64,000 nucleotides of DNA from Candidatus Woesearchaeota archaeon (GTDB lineage Archaea > Nanobdellota > Nanobdellia > Pacearchaeales > GW2011-AR1), in assembly GCA_964509675.1 (NCBI GenBank), contig CAZDXC010000002.1, positions 7,425 through 71,424 on the forward strand, written 5' to 3'. Of the stretch, positions 55,741 through 63,972 are shown one piece after another (position 1 is the stretch's first letter; each line of letters starts with the position of its first letter). The notes under the pieces were generated by a model. That model had not been told where the DNA came from. It made no database searches and saw only the letters and a list, made by a program, of their open reading frames with translations. The position numbers and the translations under genes are program-made.

Positions 55741-56105
55741 CTCAAAAACCTCACATTCTTTGCTTCTGGATTTTTCTTTATTTCTTCCAAGATAGTCAAG
55801 GTCTCTCCTCGTGCTTTTGATATTTTTTCCTTAGCTTTTTTTGAAAAAGCTAATGCAACTACTTTAATCTTTTTATCTAAATCTCCCTGGGATAAAACTT
55901 TGCCTGCTATAACAACAGTCTCTCCATCTTTTGCTTCATCATTTATCCTGTTTAGATTCATGTTTATTCTCTTTGTTCTAGGTGCTGAAAGCATTGTAGC
56001 AACTTCAAGCCACTCCTCTTTTTTCTTTGCCTGAATTATTGTTTCAACTAATTCAGGATTCATTTTCTTTTTTAATTGCTTTTCTATTAATGTTTTGCTT
56101 TTCAT
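55737..56105 (-). CDS. rpl18e: 50S ribosomal protein L18e (eL18)
   Basis: ..APRTKRINMNLNRIN..VVIAGKVLSQGDLDKKIKVVALAFSKKAKEKI.. Confidence 0.65.
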   Translation of the reverse strand: MKSKTLIEKQLKKKMNPELVETIIQAKKKEEWLEVATMLSAPRTKRINMNLNRINDEAKDGETVVIAGKVLSQGDLDKKIKVVALAFSKKAKEKISKARGETLTILEEIKKNPEAKNVRFLR

Positions 56106-56271
56106 TTTGAATAATAATAGAGAAAAACTCTACTATTTCGCTTGCGCTCGCAGATAAAAACCTGAGAGGATTATGCTTTATAAAAGTTTTTATATGCTTA
56201 TTTTTTGATATTGTTAACAGTTCGCAGACCCGCTCAAGGTCAAGGGCGATAAAGTTTCGCGAATCTGCTCT

Positions 56272-56355
56272 GCGGGAATGCCGGAGTGGTCAAACGGGAC
56301 AGACTCAAAATCTGTTGGCTTAGTGCCTACATAGGTTCGAATCCTATTTCCCGCA
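56272..56355 (+). tRNA. tRNA-Leu (anticodon CAA), long variable arm
   Basis: Acceptor GCGGGAA/TTCCCGC, anticodon stem ACAGA/TCTGT with loop CTCAAAA, variable arm TGGCTTAGTGCCTAC, T-arm ATAGG-TTCGAAT-CCTAT. Confidence 0.85.
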
Positions 56356-56451
56356 TAAGGGATTCGATTAAATGGTTTAAAAGAGAGGAAAATTAGCAAG
56401 AAATAAAAGGAAGGTTAAGCGAAGGAAACCTTGGTGTCCTCGCGTTGTCTT

Positions 56452-56476
56452 GCTTCGGATTCTATTTCCCGCATAA
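56452..56476 (+). repeat. Partial direct repeat of the tRNA-Leu 3' end
   Basis: TTCGGATTCTATTTCCCGCATAA versus the tRNA 3' end TTCGAATCCTATTTCCCGCATAA (21/23). Confidence 0.5.
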
Positions 56477-56483
56477 AATTATT

Positions 56484-57221
56484 TTATTTAGAAATTTTTT
56501 TAGAGACTTCTTTTAAATCACTTTTTAATATTTCAATAGCTTTTTTAAAAATATCTTTTTCATTCATTTGTCCGAAAGATTCTACTGTTACAACTAACTC
56601 TCCTGTTGGAGTTAGTTCAATGCATTTCTTCCCTATTTTTCTTGATAAATCAACACAGGCTTCGCACATATCACATCTATTCTCATCTATTACAACAACT
56701 TTTCCTGCTTCTAACCCAAAAACTTTCCGGGGGCAGGCATTGATAATTTCTCTTGGACAGTCCTTGTCTATTTTTACCTTTATCAAATTTCTATAAAATA
56801 ATAATCCTGGAGAAAATTTAGAATGTTCACTCCCTTTTCCGGCTTTTGCAGTTGCAAGAATCTCTAATTCTTGTCCTTTTTTTAAAACTGTAATGGGGAT
56901 TTTATCATAAACAGGACTTATTTTTCCTTTCATGTCTTCGAAATAAATAATCCCTTCTTTTTTTGCTATGAGGCTTATTTGTTCAGAAGTTTTTTCATTT
57001 ACTGTCTTGTCAGTTTTTAATGGAATAAGCCCCAATCTGTGGGCAATTGTTTCATCATATAATGGAGAATCGTTTTTTGAAATTTCAACATCATCAATTG
57101 CAAGAACAGGAACATGATCTACATATCTTCTTATGGCATTTGCTAAACTTTCATCTATTTCTGCAGTGAATGTTATTTGATTATTTTTTTTGTCTATTAT
57201 TTTCATTTGATTATTTTGCAA
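56484..57221 (-). CDS. rpoD: DNA-directed RNA polymerase subunit D (Rpo3)
   Basis: Position between S11 and L18e; Cys cluster CDMCEACVD..C; 245 aa. Confidence 0.85.
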   Translation of the reverse strand: MQNNQMKIIDKKNNQITFTAEIDESLANAIRRYVDHVPVLAIDDVEISKNDSPLYDETIAHRLGLIPLKTDKTVNEKTSEQISLIAKKEGIIYFEDMKGKISPVYDKIPITVLKKGQELEILATAKAGKGSEHSKFSPGLLFYRNLIKVKIDKDCPREIINACPRKVFGLEAGKVVVIDENRCDMCEACVDLSRKIGKKCIELTPTGELVVTVESFGQMNEKDIFKKAIEILKSDLKEVSKKISK

Positions 57222-57236
57222 TTTTGATTTTTAAAT

Positions 57237-57662
57237 TTATGGTCTTCTTCCCCTTCTTCCCCCTTTCTTTTTAGGTCCTCCTCTCGGATATTTTGTAGTA
57301 TCTAATATGTTTAATATCTTAAATCCTTCTCTGGTAAGACTTTTGATTATTGCATTTGCTCCAGGGCCTGGAGCAGGATTTCTTGTTTTAGCCCTTATTC
57401 TTATATATAAAAATTTTACTCCAAGTTCTTTTAATGTTTCTGCTATTCTTTTTGCTATAAATATAGCAATGGTGGGATTTGCCTTTAATCTTCCATGCTT
57501 TGTAACTTGCCCTCCGCTAACCTTTGTAATTGTTCTTCCTGACATATCTGTTACATGTGCAATAGTGTTATTAAAAGAAGTATAAATATTAATAACGGCC
57601 TCTGGATTCTTTTCTTCTTTTAGCCCTTTTTCTTCGGTTTTATTCATTTTTAGCCTCCACAA
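57237..57662 (-). CDS. rps11: 30S ribosomal protein S11 (uS11)
   Basis: ..NPAPGPGANAIIKSL..GFKI..I.D.T..P..G. Confidence 0.9.
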   Translation of the reverse strand: MWRLKMNKTEEKGLKEEKNPEAVINIYTSFNNTIAHVTDMSGRTITKVSGGQVTKHGRLKANPTIAIFIAKRIAETLKELGVKFLYIRIRAKTRNPAPGPGANAIIKSLTREGFKILNILDTTKYPRGGPKKKGGRRGRRP

Positions 57663-58131
57663 TTTTTTCAGTTACTTTCTTTTTTTTGCTTTTTTTAAGG
57701 GAGATTTTATTTTCTAAATCAACAGGAACCATGTATGAAGGGGAATTTATATTATTCTCTCCAATTAAAACTTTTTTGTGAGTTATCAATTGCCTTGCAC
57801 TTTTTGGACTACGCGCAATTCCTTTGCTAACAAGAACTGTTTGAAGTCTTCTTCTTAAATAGTCTCTTTTATCTAACGAAAGTACATCACTAATAGAATT
57901 AACCTTAAAACCCATTTTTTTTAACTTTTCAAAAAAAGCCATTTTCTCACGTTCTTCACCCGAGATTAATTTTTTGGCTTTTTCTCTTATCGATTTTATT
58001 TTTGCATCTGCTTTCCATATTTCTTTTTTATTTTTTAATCCAAATTCTTCTTTTATTTTTGCTTCTTCCTGTATTCTTGTTTTGTCAAAAGGCCTCTTTG
58101 GTTTAGAGTATGTTTTGTGTTTTCTTTTCAT
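57640..58131 (-). CDS. rps4: 30S ribosomal protein S4 (uS4)
   Basis: MKRKHKTYSKPKRPFDKTRIQEE.. and RRLQTVLV..ARSP.. S4 domain. Confidence 0.85.
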   Translation of the reverse strand: MKRKHKTYSKPKRPFDKTRIQEEAKIKEEFGLKNKKEIWKADAKIKSIREKAKKLISGEEREKMAFFEKLKKMGFKVNSISDVLSLDKRDYLRRRLQTVLVSKGIARSPKSARQLITHKKVLIGENNINSPSYMVPVDLENKISLKKSKKKKVTEKIVEAKNE

Positions 58132-58613
58132 TTTACTTTCTTAGCCACAGCTTTCTTTTTAATTCCTACACTTTTTCTTTTATTCTTCCTAAAATGGCTC
58201 TTTGTTCTTTGTCCTCTTGAAGGAAGGCCGCTTGCATGCCTATATCCTCTATAGCTTTTTATTTTTTTCAATTTTCCAATATCCATCTCTTTTTGCAATT
58301 CTAAATCACTTCCAATAAGGTGCCGGTTTTCTCCTTGTTCAACATCTAATTTTCTATTAAATAAATATGAAGGCATTTTTGGATTTTTTATGAAGTTATT
58401 TATTTTATCAATTTCTTCTTTACTTAATGAGCCAATTCTTTTGTTTTTATCAATATTCAGCATATTGCATATGGCATTGACCAGGCTCCAGGATATTCCT
58501 TTTATTTTTGTCAACCCTACAAGAGTTTTTAATTTTCCTTCAATATCTTTTGATAAAATCCTGACTAATTTTTCTTCATATTTCTTCTCATCTGTTTTTG
58601 TGGTTTGTTGCAT
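58128..58613 (-). CDS. rps13: 30S ribosomal protein S13 (uS13)
   Basis: ..IKSYRGYRHASGLPSRGQRTKS.. Confidence 0.9.
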   Translation of the reverse strand: MQQTTKTDEKKYEEKLVRILSKDIEGKLKTLVGLTKIKGISWSLVNAICNMLNIDKNKRIGSLSKEEIDKINNFIKNPKMPSYLFNRKLDVEQGENRHLIGSDLELQKEMDIGKLKKIKSYRGYRHASGLPSRGQRTKSHFRKNKRKSVGIKKKAVAKKVK

Positions 58614-58614
58614 T

Positions 58615-59160
58615 CTATTTTACAAATAAGTTGTGTCTTTCAACATTTACCAGTTCTGAAAATATTCTTTTCTGTATTGCCTTTTCCGGGTCTGGAATGT
58701 TTTGTATCCGTTGTTTTATATCTTCAAAACTTTCAAAAGGTTTTTCCCTTCTCTGTTTTAATATTTCCTGCATATGTTTTTTGCCGAATCCAGGAAGCAA
58801 TTCAATTTGATGGAGCCTTTTATTTATAGCTTCTGATTTATTGAAAAACTCAACAAATTCCTTTTCTCTTTCCTTAACTATTTTTTCTATAAACTCCTGT
58901 AATTGGTTTTTTGCAGATTCCGTAAGTTTTTCTCTGTGTAATCTTCCAAGAATATAATATATCTTGTCCCGTTTTCCTTCTCCAATATAAACTTCTTCTC
59001 CTGCTTCCAGAGAAACCCCTCTTCTAGGAACCAGTTCTAATAATATTAAATTCCTTTTTCCGATAGCTTGGGCTATTGGCATCATTTTTCCTTCTAAGGG
59101 ATATCCATTCGGTAGATAATCTAATATGACTGCATTTTCTTCTTTTTCCATCTTCATCAT
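58615..59160 (-). CDS. DUF655/COG1491-family predicted nucleic-acid-binding protein (OB fold plus HhH)
   Basis: N-terminal OB-like region; C-terminal LLPGFGKKHMQEIL hairpin; conserved position next to rpoF and L21e. Confidence 0.4.
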   Translation of the reverse strand: MMKMEKEENAVILDYLPNGYPLEGKMMPIAQAIGKRNLILLELVPRRGVSLEAGEEVYIGEGKRDKIYYILGRLHREKLTESAKNQLQEFIEKIVKEREKEFVEFFNKSEAINKRLHQIELLPGFGKKHMQEILKQRREKPFESFEDIKQRIQNIPDPEKAIQKRIFSELVNVERHNLFVK

Positions 59161-59462
59161 TTAAATTTTTTAATTGTATCAAGTATTTTTTTTGTTTCAT
59201 CTTCGTCCAAACTTACATCCACAAAAATTTTATTTAATTCTTCTGGATTTTCAGGCAACAAATCCATTATTTTTACCAAATGTTCTGACTTCATTTTTAT
59301 AAGATTAAGAGCCTCTATTTCTTTTTTTAGTTTCTTTGCTTCATTTGTCTTTAATTTTACAAATTTTTTTATAAATCCAATTACTTCTTTCTCGCTTTCT
59401 TTATCTTTTTTCAGATACTCAAGCACCTCGATCATACTTAATGGTTCGCTGTTTTTTATCAT
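59157..59462 (-). CDS. rpoF: DNA-directed RNA polymerase subunit F (Rpo4)
   Basis: ..EVLEYLKK..KKFVKLKTNEAKKLKKEIEAL..VKIMDLLPENPEELNKIF.. matches the Rpo4 helical pattern. Confidence 0.6.
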   Translation of the reverse strand: MIKNSEPLSMIEVLEYLKKDKESEKEVIGFIKKFVKLKTNEAKKLKKEIEALNLIKMKSEHLVKIMDLLPENPEELNKIFVDVSLDEDETKKILDTIKKFK

Positions 59463-59473
59463 TATTTCTTAAT

Positions 59474-59725
59474 TTATTTTATTTTTTTTAAATGTATTGG
59501 CTCTATTAAAATTGTTTTGTTTTTTTTATTGTCCTTTATTTTAACAATATAAGCCTTCCCCCTTTTTCCTTCAACAATCCCTGTCAAACCCTGGAATCTT
59601 TTTGGGAAATTTACTGGAAGTGACTGTTCTTTAGAGATTGCTACAAAATCTCCTTTTTTTAATTCCTGAAAGTATCTACTAAGCTGCAATTTTCCTCTAG
59701 TCCTTATGGGTTTTTTATTTACCAT
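59474..59725 (-). CDS. rpl21e: 50S ribosomal protein L21e
   Basis: ..TRGK..F..GDFVAI..QGLTGIVEGKRGKAYIVKI..K..IEPIHLKKI. Confidence 0.75.
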   Translation of the reverse strand: MVNKKPIRTRGKLQLSRYFQELKKGDFVAISKEQSLPVNFPKRFQGLTGIVEGKRGKAYIVKIKDNKKNKTILIEPIHLKKIK

Positions 59726-59766
59726 TAAATACTCAGAAATATTTCATTTAAAAAACTATCTTTATG

Positions 59767-59997
59767 CTATTCTTCTTTTTCTAATATGCTTTCTTTTGTG
59801 ATTCCAGAACGAAGCATTTTCAATGTGCTGGAAGTGTCCATATGAACCAAATCATCTTCGTCCCTCGCTTTTGTATAATTCGCTTTCAATGTGGCGAGCA
59901 TTTTTGGCCCCCAAACCTTGGTGCCACAGTCATCACAAAAACCCAATACAGAATCCTCATGCACTTTTTCCTGTTTGCAAAAGAAACACTTTTTCAT
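59767..59997 (-). CDS. Small zinc-ribbon protein, hypothetical
   Basis: CFFCKQ..CDDCG four-Cys ribbon at the N-terminus. Confidence 0.3.
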   Translation of the reverse strand: MKKCFFCKQEKVHEDSVLGFCDDCGTKVWGPKMLATLKANYTKARDEDDLVHMDTSSTLKMLRSGITKESILEKEE

Positions 59998-60054
59998 TTT
60001 TTTACCTTTTTGTTATCTTGAAAAATAAAATTAGTTTTTAAATATTTTTATTCT

Positions 60055-61320
60055 TTATTCATACCTCAGTGCATCGGCTGGTTTTAATCTTGCTGCCTGT
60101 AATGCAGGAAATATTCCAGAAAGTGTTCCAATTAAAAAAGAGAACATCAGTGCTCCAACAATTAGAGGGAAACTTATGCTTGCTTTTAATAAATTTGTCC
60201 CAAGAGTTGTTGTGGCAATATATTCCACAGTTTTGCCTAATCCAATACCCAAACCAATACCAATTGCCCCTCCGACTAATCCCAAAAGTCCTGATTCAAA
60301 TAAAAAGATGTATAAGATGTCAGAATTTTTTGCTCCAACTGCCTTCATTGTTCCTATTTCTTTTGTTCTCTCCAGAACAGAGGTGTACATTGTATTCATA
60401 ATTCCAATTCCCCCAACCACAAGAGAGATTGCTGCTATTCCGACTAACACTGCTTGCACAATTCCAAAAATATTTGTAAAGGTAGTTAAAAGTTGTTCAG
60501 AAGTCTGTACAGTAAATGTTTCCTGGTCTTTTTTCTCCCCTCTTTCTTCTCTCAATTTTCTTGTTATTGTATCTGCTACATCCACAGGATTAAAACCTTC
60601 TTGTGTCTTTGCTACTATTTCACTTTCTTCATTTTTTACATTTAAAATTTCCTTTAATGTGTTTTTTGGAATATATACAGCTGCATCATTAAATGGATCT
60701 CCAGTTTTTCCTAATATTCCCACCACCTTGAAATCGGTTCCTTCTATTTTAATGGTGCTTCCAATTTCTACTCCCCGTTTCCAAATTTTTCCATCTACTG
60801 CATTGTTATATCCAACAACTGCTTTGTAGCCATCTCCTTTTTTTAGATCTCTTCCTGCAATTATTTTAAAACTCTGAATTTCAGAAAAGAAACCTATGTC
60901 TTCTGGAGCAATTCCTATTGCCATCTGAACCTTGAGTTCATTTCTAAATTCCAAAACAGAAGTTTTTATTAATATCCCTGTAGTTTCTTCAACCCCCCTG
61001 ATTTTTTTTACTGTATCTAAATCTTTTTCTGTAAGGATTAATTTTTCAGAACCCGTACTTCCTGGAGGACCGATTGTTTTACTTTGTATAATAATCTTGT
61101 CTTTTCCCAATTGTTCAAATTGTTCGTTTATCGCAGCCTGTAATCCCTGCCCTAAACTTATTAATCCTACCACTGCCGCTATTCCTATAAAAATTCCTAT
61201 CATAGTAAGCCAGCTTCTTAATCCTCTCCTTTTAAGATTAGAGAAGGCAAGCAGAAAATGGTCTTTCATTCTATCCTTTTCTTTTATTTCTAATTTTTTT
61301 CCTGATTCTTCTATAGACAA
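60055..61320 (-). CDS. ABC transporter permease, FtsX/MacB-like
   Basis: N-terminal TM, ~250-aa extracytoplasmic domain, three C-terminal TMs; operon with the ATPase at 62174-62869. Confidence 0.7.
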   Translation of the reverse strand: MSIEESGKKLEIKEKDRMKDHFLLAFSNLKRRGLRSWLTMIGIFIGIAAVVGLISLGQGLQAAINEQFEQLGKDKIIIQSKTIGPPGSTGSEKLILTEKDLDTVKKIRGVEETTGILIKTSVLEFRNELKVQMAIGIAPEDIGFFSEIQSFKIIAGRDLKKGDGYKAVVGYNNAVDGKIWKRGVEIGSTIKIEGTDFKVVGILGKTGDPFNDAAVYIPKNTLKEILNVKNEESEIVAKTQEGFNPVDVADTITRKLREERGEKKDQETFTVQTSEQLLTTFTNIFGIVQAVLVGIAAISLVVGGIGIMNTMYTSVLERTKEIGTMKAVGAKNSDILYIFLFESGLLGLVGGAIGIGLGIGLGKTVEYIATTTLGTNLLKASISFPLIVGALMFSFLIGTLSGIFPALQAARLKPADALRYE

Positions 61321-61567
61321 AAAATAAAATCAACACACTCAAAATAGAAACAATTATAATAAAAGTGTTATTCTTATTTATGATTCCCAAATCCATAGCC
61401 TCTTTTGCAGTATATGTTCTTATTGATATAACTTTATTTTCTGTTATCTGATTATTTCCAGAATCTGTATAAATCAATTTAATTGGAATGTTAATAGTTG
61501 AGGGAGCAATTGAACTCACAAAAATATTGAAATCTGCACTGTCAAAATCATTGCTATCTATTTCCAA
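61271..61567 (-). CDS. C-terminal fragment of a surface protein (TM anchor plus basic tail); likely frameshifted from 61554-62177
   Basis: Ends ..IIVSILSVLILFFVYRRIRKKIRNKRKG; overlaps the upstream ORF by 14 nt in another frame. Confidence 0.35.
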   Translation of the reverse strand: MEIDSNDFDSADFNIFVSSIAPSTINIPIKLIYTDSGNNQITENKVISIRTYTAKEAMDLGIINKNNTFIIIVSILSVLILFFVYRRIRKKIRNKRKG

Positions 61568-62177
61568 TATAAACTTCTTTTGAACTCGTTATTTGAATCC
61601 CTGCAATTTGATTCAGGTTAACACTTAGAAATTTAGCATTTCCCAATCCAGAATTTATAATTTTCAGGCTTATTTTTCCTTTTGTTCCCTTAATCAAATT
61701 GCTTTCTGAAGAAACATCCATCTTAGGTTTCGCGTTTATTATAACACTCACCAAACCCAAATTTTCATCCTTTACTAACGTTCCGTTATCACTAAGAGTG
61801 TAACTAACCTGAACAGGGACCATGTAAGTTCCTGAAGATGCATCTGAAAAGACAGTTAAATCAAAACTTGCTTTCTCATCTTCTCTTTCTAATATTTCAT
61901 CTATTCTTGCTTCATTTGAAGATTTATAGGGTGCAAAAGGAAGTTGATAAATTATTTGCCCTGTAGTTGGACTTATGTCAGGGTTTAAATCTAAACTTAC
62001 AGTTACACTTTCAATATCTTCATTGAGATTATTCTCTATTTTTAAATTTAGAACAAAATTTTCTCCTGGCTCTATTTCACTTGGATTGCTGTTTACAGAG
62101 TTTATAGTTAAGGCAGAAACTGAATAAATCTGCATAATAAATATTATTACTAAAAAAATCCAAAATTTATTTTTCAT
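61554..62177 (-). CDS. Secreted beta-rich surface protein (N-terminal part)
   Basis: Signal peptide MKNKFWIFLVIIFIMQIYSVSA; Ig-like beta pattern. Confidence 0.4.
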   Translation of the reverse strand: MKNKFWIFLVIIFIMQIYSVSALTINSVNSNPSEIEPGENFVLNLKIENNLNEDIESVTVSLDLNPDISPTTGQIIYQLPFAPYKSSNEARIDEILEREDEKASFDLTVFSDASSGTYMVPVQVSYTLSDNGTLVKDENLGLVSVIINAKPKMDVSSESNLIKGTKGKISLKIINSGLGNAKFLSVNLNQIAGIQITSSKEVYIGNR

Positions 62178-62869
62178 TTTTTTACCTTCCTGTGTTCGAT
62201 TATTCTTCCATCAGATATTTTTAAAACTTTCTGAGTATATTTTATTAAATCCAAGTTATGTGTTACAAGGATTATTGTTTTCCCTTTCTTGTTCAGGTCA
62301 ATAAAAAGGTTAATAATTTCCATTCCTGTTTTAGTGTCTAAGTTGCCTGTTGGTTCATCTGCAAGGATGACTTCTGGATTATTTGCTAATGCTCTCCCTA
62401 TCGCTACTCTTTGTCTTTCCCCTCCAGAAAGTTCACTTGGAAAATGATTTTTTCTGTGTGTTAAATTAACCTCTTTTAAAATTTCCTCTGCTCTTTTCAT
62501 CCTTTCTTCTTTTTCCACTCCATGAAATATCATCGGAAGTGCAATATTTTCTGCTGCATTGAGTGTTGGAATTAGATTAAAAGTCTGAAAAACAAATCCA
62601 ATTTTTTTCCCTCTGATTTGTGCAAGTTCTGATTCAGGGAGATGTTCTATGTTTTGTCCATCCAGAAAAATGTCTCCCTTACTTGACAAATCAAGAGCAC
62701 CAACAAGATTCATCATCGTGCTTTTTCCGCTTCCGCTTGGCCCCACAATTGCAATAAAATCTCCCCTCTTAATTTGTAAATTAATATCGCAAAGTGCTTC
62801 TATTTCTGTGTTTCCTAATCTGTAGTATTTGCATACATTGTTTAATTCAATTATGTTATCATTTTTCAT
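62174..62869 (-). CDS. ABC transporter ATP-binding protein (MacB/LolD-like)
   Basis: Walker A GPSGSGKST, signature LSGGERQRVAIGRAL, Walker B ILADEPTGNLD. Confidence 0.85.
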   Translation of the reverse strand: MKNDNIIELNNVCKYYRLGNTEIEALCDINLQIKRGDFIAIVGPSGSGKSTMMNLVGALDLSSKGDIFLDGQNIEHLPESELAQIRGKKIGFVFQTFNLIPTLNAAENIALPMIFHGVEKEERMKRAEEILKEVNLTHRKNHFPSELSGGERQRVAIGRALANNPEVILADEPTGNLDTKTGMEIINLFIDLNKKGKTIILVTHNLDLIKYTQKVLKISDGRIIEHRKVKK

Positions 62870-62993
62870 CTTAATTTTCTCAGAATAATTCTGAGGAATC
62901 CCCTCTTAATTTTTTTGTAAGGCTCTTATTTAAATTTATGTGTTGAAAAGCTGAAAAGGCAATATTTATAAATCAAAAATAAAAGATAATAAT

Positions 62994-63191
62994 ATGATAA
63001 TTCCTGTTCGTTGTTTCAGTTGCGGAAAGCCAATAGGACATCTCTGGGAAGAATACAAAAAAAGAATTTCCAGTGGAGAAAATCCAAAAAAAGTAATGGA
63101 TGAACTTGGCTTAGAGAGGGCTTGCTGCAGAAGCATGTTTTTAGGACAGACAGATTTGATTGAATTAGTCGGAAAGTTTAAGAAGAGTTAA
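62994..63191 (+). CDS. rpoN: DNA-directed RNA polymerase subunit N (Rpo10)
   Basis: MIIPVRCFSCGK..ACCRSMF; 65 aa. Confidence 0.85.
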   Translation: MIIPVRCFSCGKPIGHLWEEYKKRISSGENPKKVMDELGLERACCRSMFLGQTDLIELVGKFKKS

Positions 63192-63448
63192 CTTTTTATT
63201 TTCCATCTGCTTGTATGTCCACAATTTTCACAGGTTATAGATAATATATTTTTCTTTATTTTTATGCTTGAATTTTTATAAGGAGAAAAGCATTTTTTGC
63301 AGAATAATTTTCTCTTTTCTCCAAGTTTAATATTATGCCTCATTGCAAGTTTTTTTGTTTTTTTTATTTCTCTTGGTGTTTTGTTTTCAATATCCTCAAA
63401 AAATTCTTTAATCTGTTTTTCTGCTTCTGTTTTTGAAATTTTTTTCAT
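63188..63448 (-). CDS. rnp4: RNase P protein component 4 (Rpp21/Rpr2 family)
   Basis: Basic N-terminal helix, then CKKC..17 aa..CENCGH zinc ribbon; 86 aa. Confidence 0.6.
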   Translation of the reverse strand: MKKISKTEAEKQIKEFFEDIENKTPREIKKTKKLAMRHNIKLGEKRKLFCKKCFSPYKNSSIKIKKNILSITCENCGHTSRWKIKS

Positions 63449-63484
63449 AAATTTCTTAAGAAAGAATACTATAAAAACATGCAG

Positions 63485-63603
63485 TCGAAGACAGCTTTAT
63501 GATTTGGCACCCTTTGGGGCACTAACGTCATAAACATAGGAAGCTTAACTTCTGTGTTCGGAATGAGAACAGGTGTTTCCAACCTATTATGGCCGTCTTC
63601 GAA
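63485..63603 (-). rRNA. rrf: 5S ribosomal RNA
   Basis: Reverse strand reads ..GACGGCCATAATAGG..CCGAACACAGAAGTTAAGC..; the terminal TCGAAGAC/GTCTTCGA helix closes the molecule. Confidence 0.75.
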
Positions 63604-63662
63604 AACTTATCGATGAAGAGATTTATAAAGTTTTTTATATGCTTAATTTTTCTATTTTTTAT

Positions 63663-63746
63663 GCGGAGTTGCCAGAGTGGTCAAATGGGCGAGATTAAGG
63701 CTCTCGTGGCTTAGTGCCTACAAAGGTTCGAATCCTTTACTCCGCA
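63663..63746 (+). tRNA. tRNA-Leu; anticodon loop reads TTAAGGC, so the apparent anticodon is AAG
   Basis: Acceptor GCGGAGT/ACTCCGC, anticodon stem CGAGA/TCTCG, long variable arm TGGCTTAGTGCCTAC, T-arm AAAGG-TTCGAAT-CCTTT. Confidence 0.7.
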
Positions 63747-63757
63747 TAGAAATTAAT

Positions 63758-63850
63758 GCGCCTGTAACTCAGTTTGGATTAGAGTGCCACCCCCCTACGA
63801 AAACTGCAGGGGTAAGGTGGAAGTCGAAGGTTCAAATCCTTCCAGGCGCG
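63758..63850 (+). tRNA. Intron-containing tRNA, tentatively Arg (CCT); unusual C at position 33
   Basis: Acceptor GCGCCTG/CAGGCGC, D ACTC..GAGT, anticodon stem CCACC/GGTGG enclosing 24 nt (CCCCTACGAAAACTGCAGGGGTAA) where CCCCT/AGGGG can form the BHB central helix; T-arm GAAGG-TTCAAAT-CCTTC. Confidence 0.5.
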
Positions 63851-63901
63851 TCAGAGTTTAATAATAATATTTAAAATACCTCGCTTTATTATACTATCAA
63901 C

Positions 63902-63972
63902 GCGCTGATAGTTCAGTGGTAGAATATCTGCCTTCCAAGCAGATGACTCGGGTTCGAATCCCGATCGGCGCA
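63902..63972 (+). tRNA. tRNA-Gly (anticodon TCC)
   Basis: Acceptor GCGCTGA/TCGGCGC (one G-U pair), anticodon stem TCTGC/GCAGA with loop CTTCCAA, T-arm TCGGG-TTCGAAT-CCCGA. Confidence 0.85.

Noticed and set aside
55561-56034. 157-aa plus-strand ORF opposite L13/L18e, and the 217-aa ORF 60176-60829 opposite the ABC permease
   Set aside because: Antisense to conserved ribosomal or transporter genes; hydrophobic or low-complexity translations; spurious
56400-56480. Second complete tRNA gene or split tRNA half at the tRNA-Leu 3'-end repeat
   Set aside because: Only the T-arm and acceptor 3' strand are duplicated; no matching 5' half, D-arm or anticodon arm could be folded, so it is recorded as a partial repeat only
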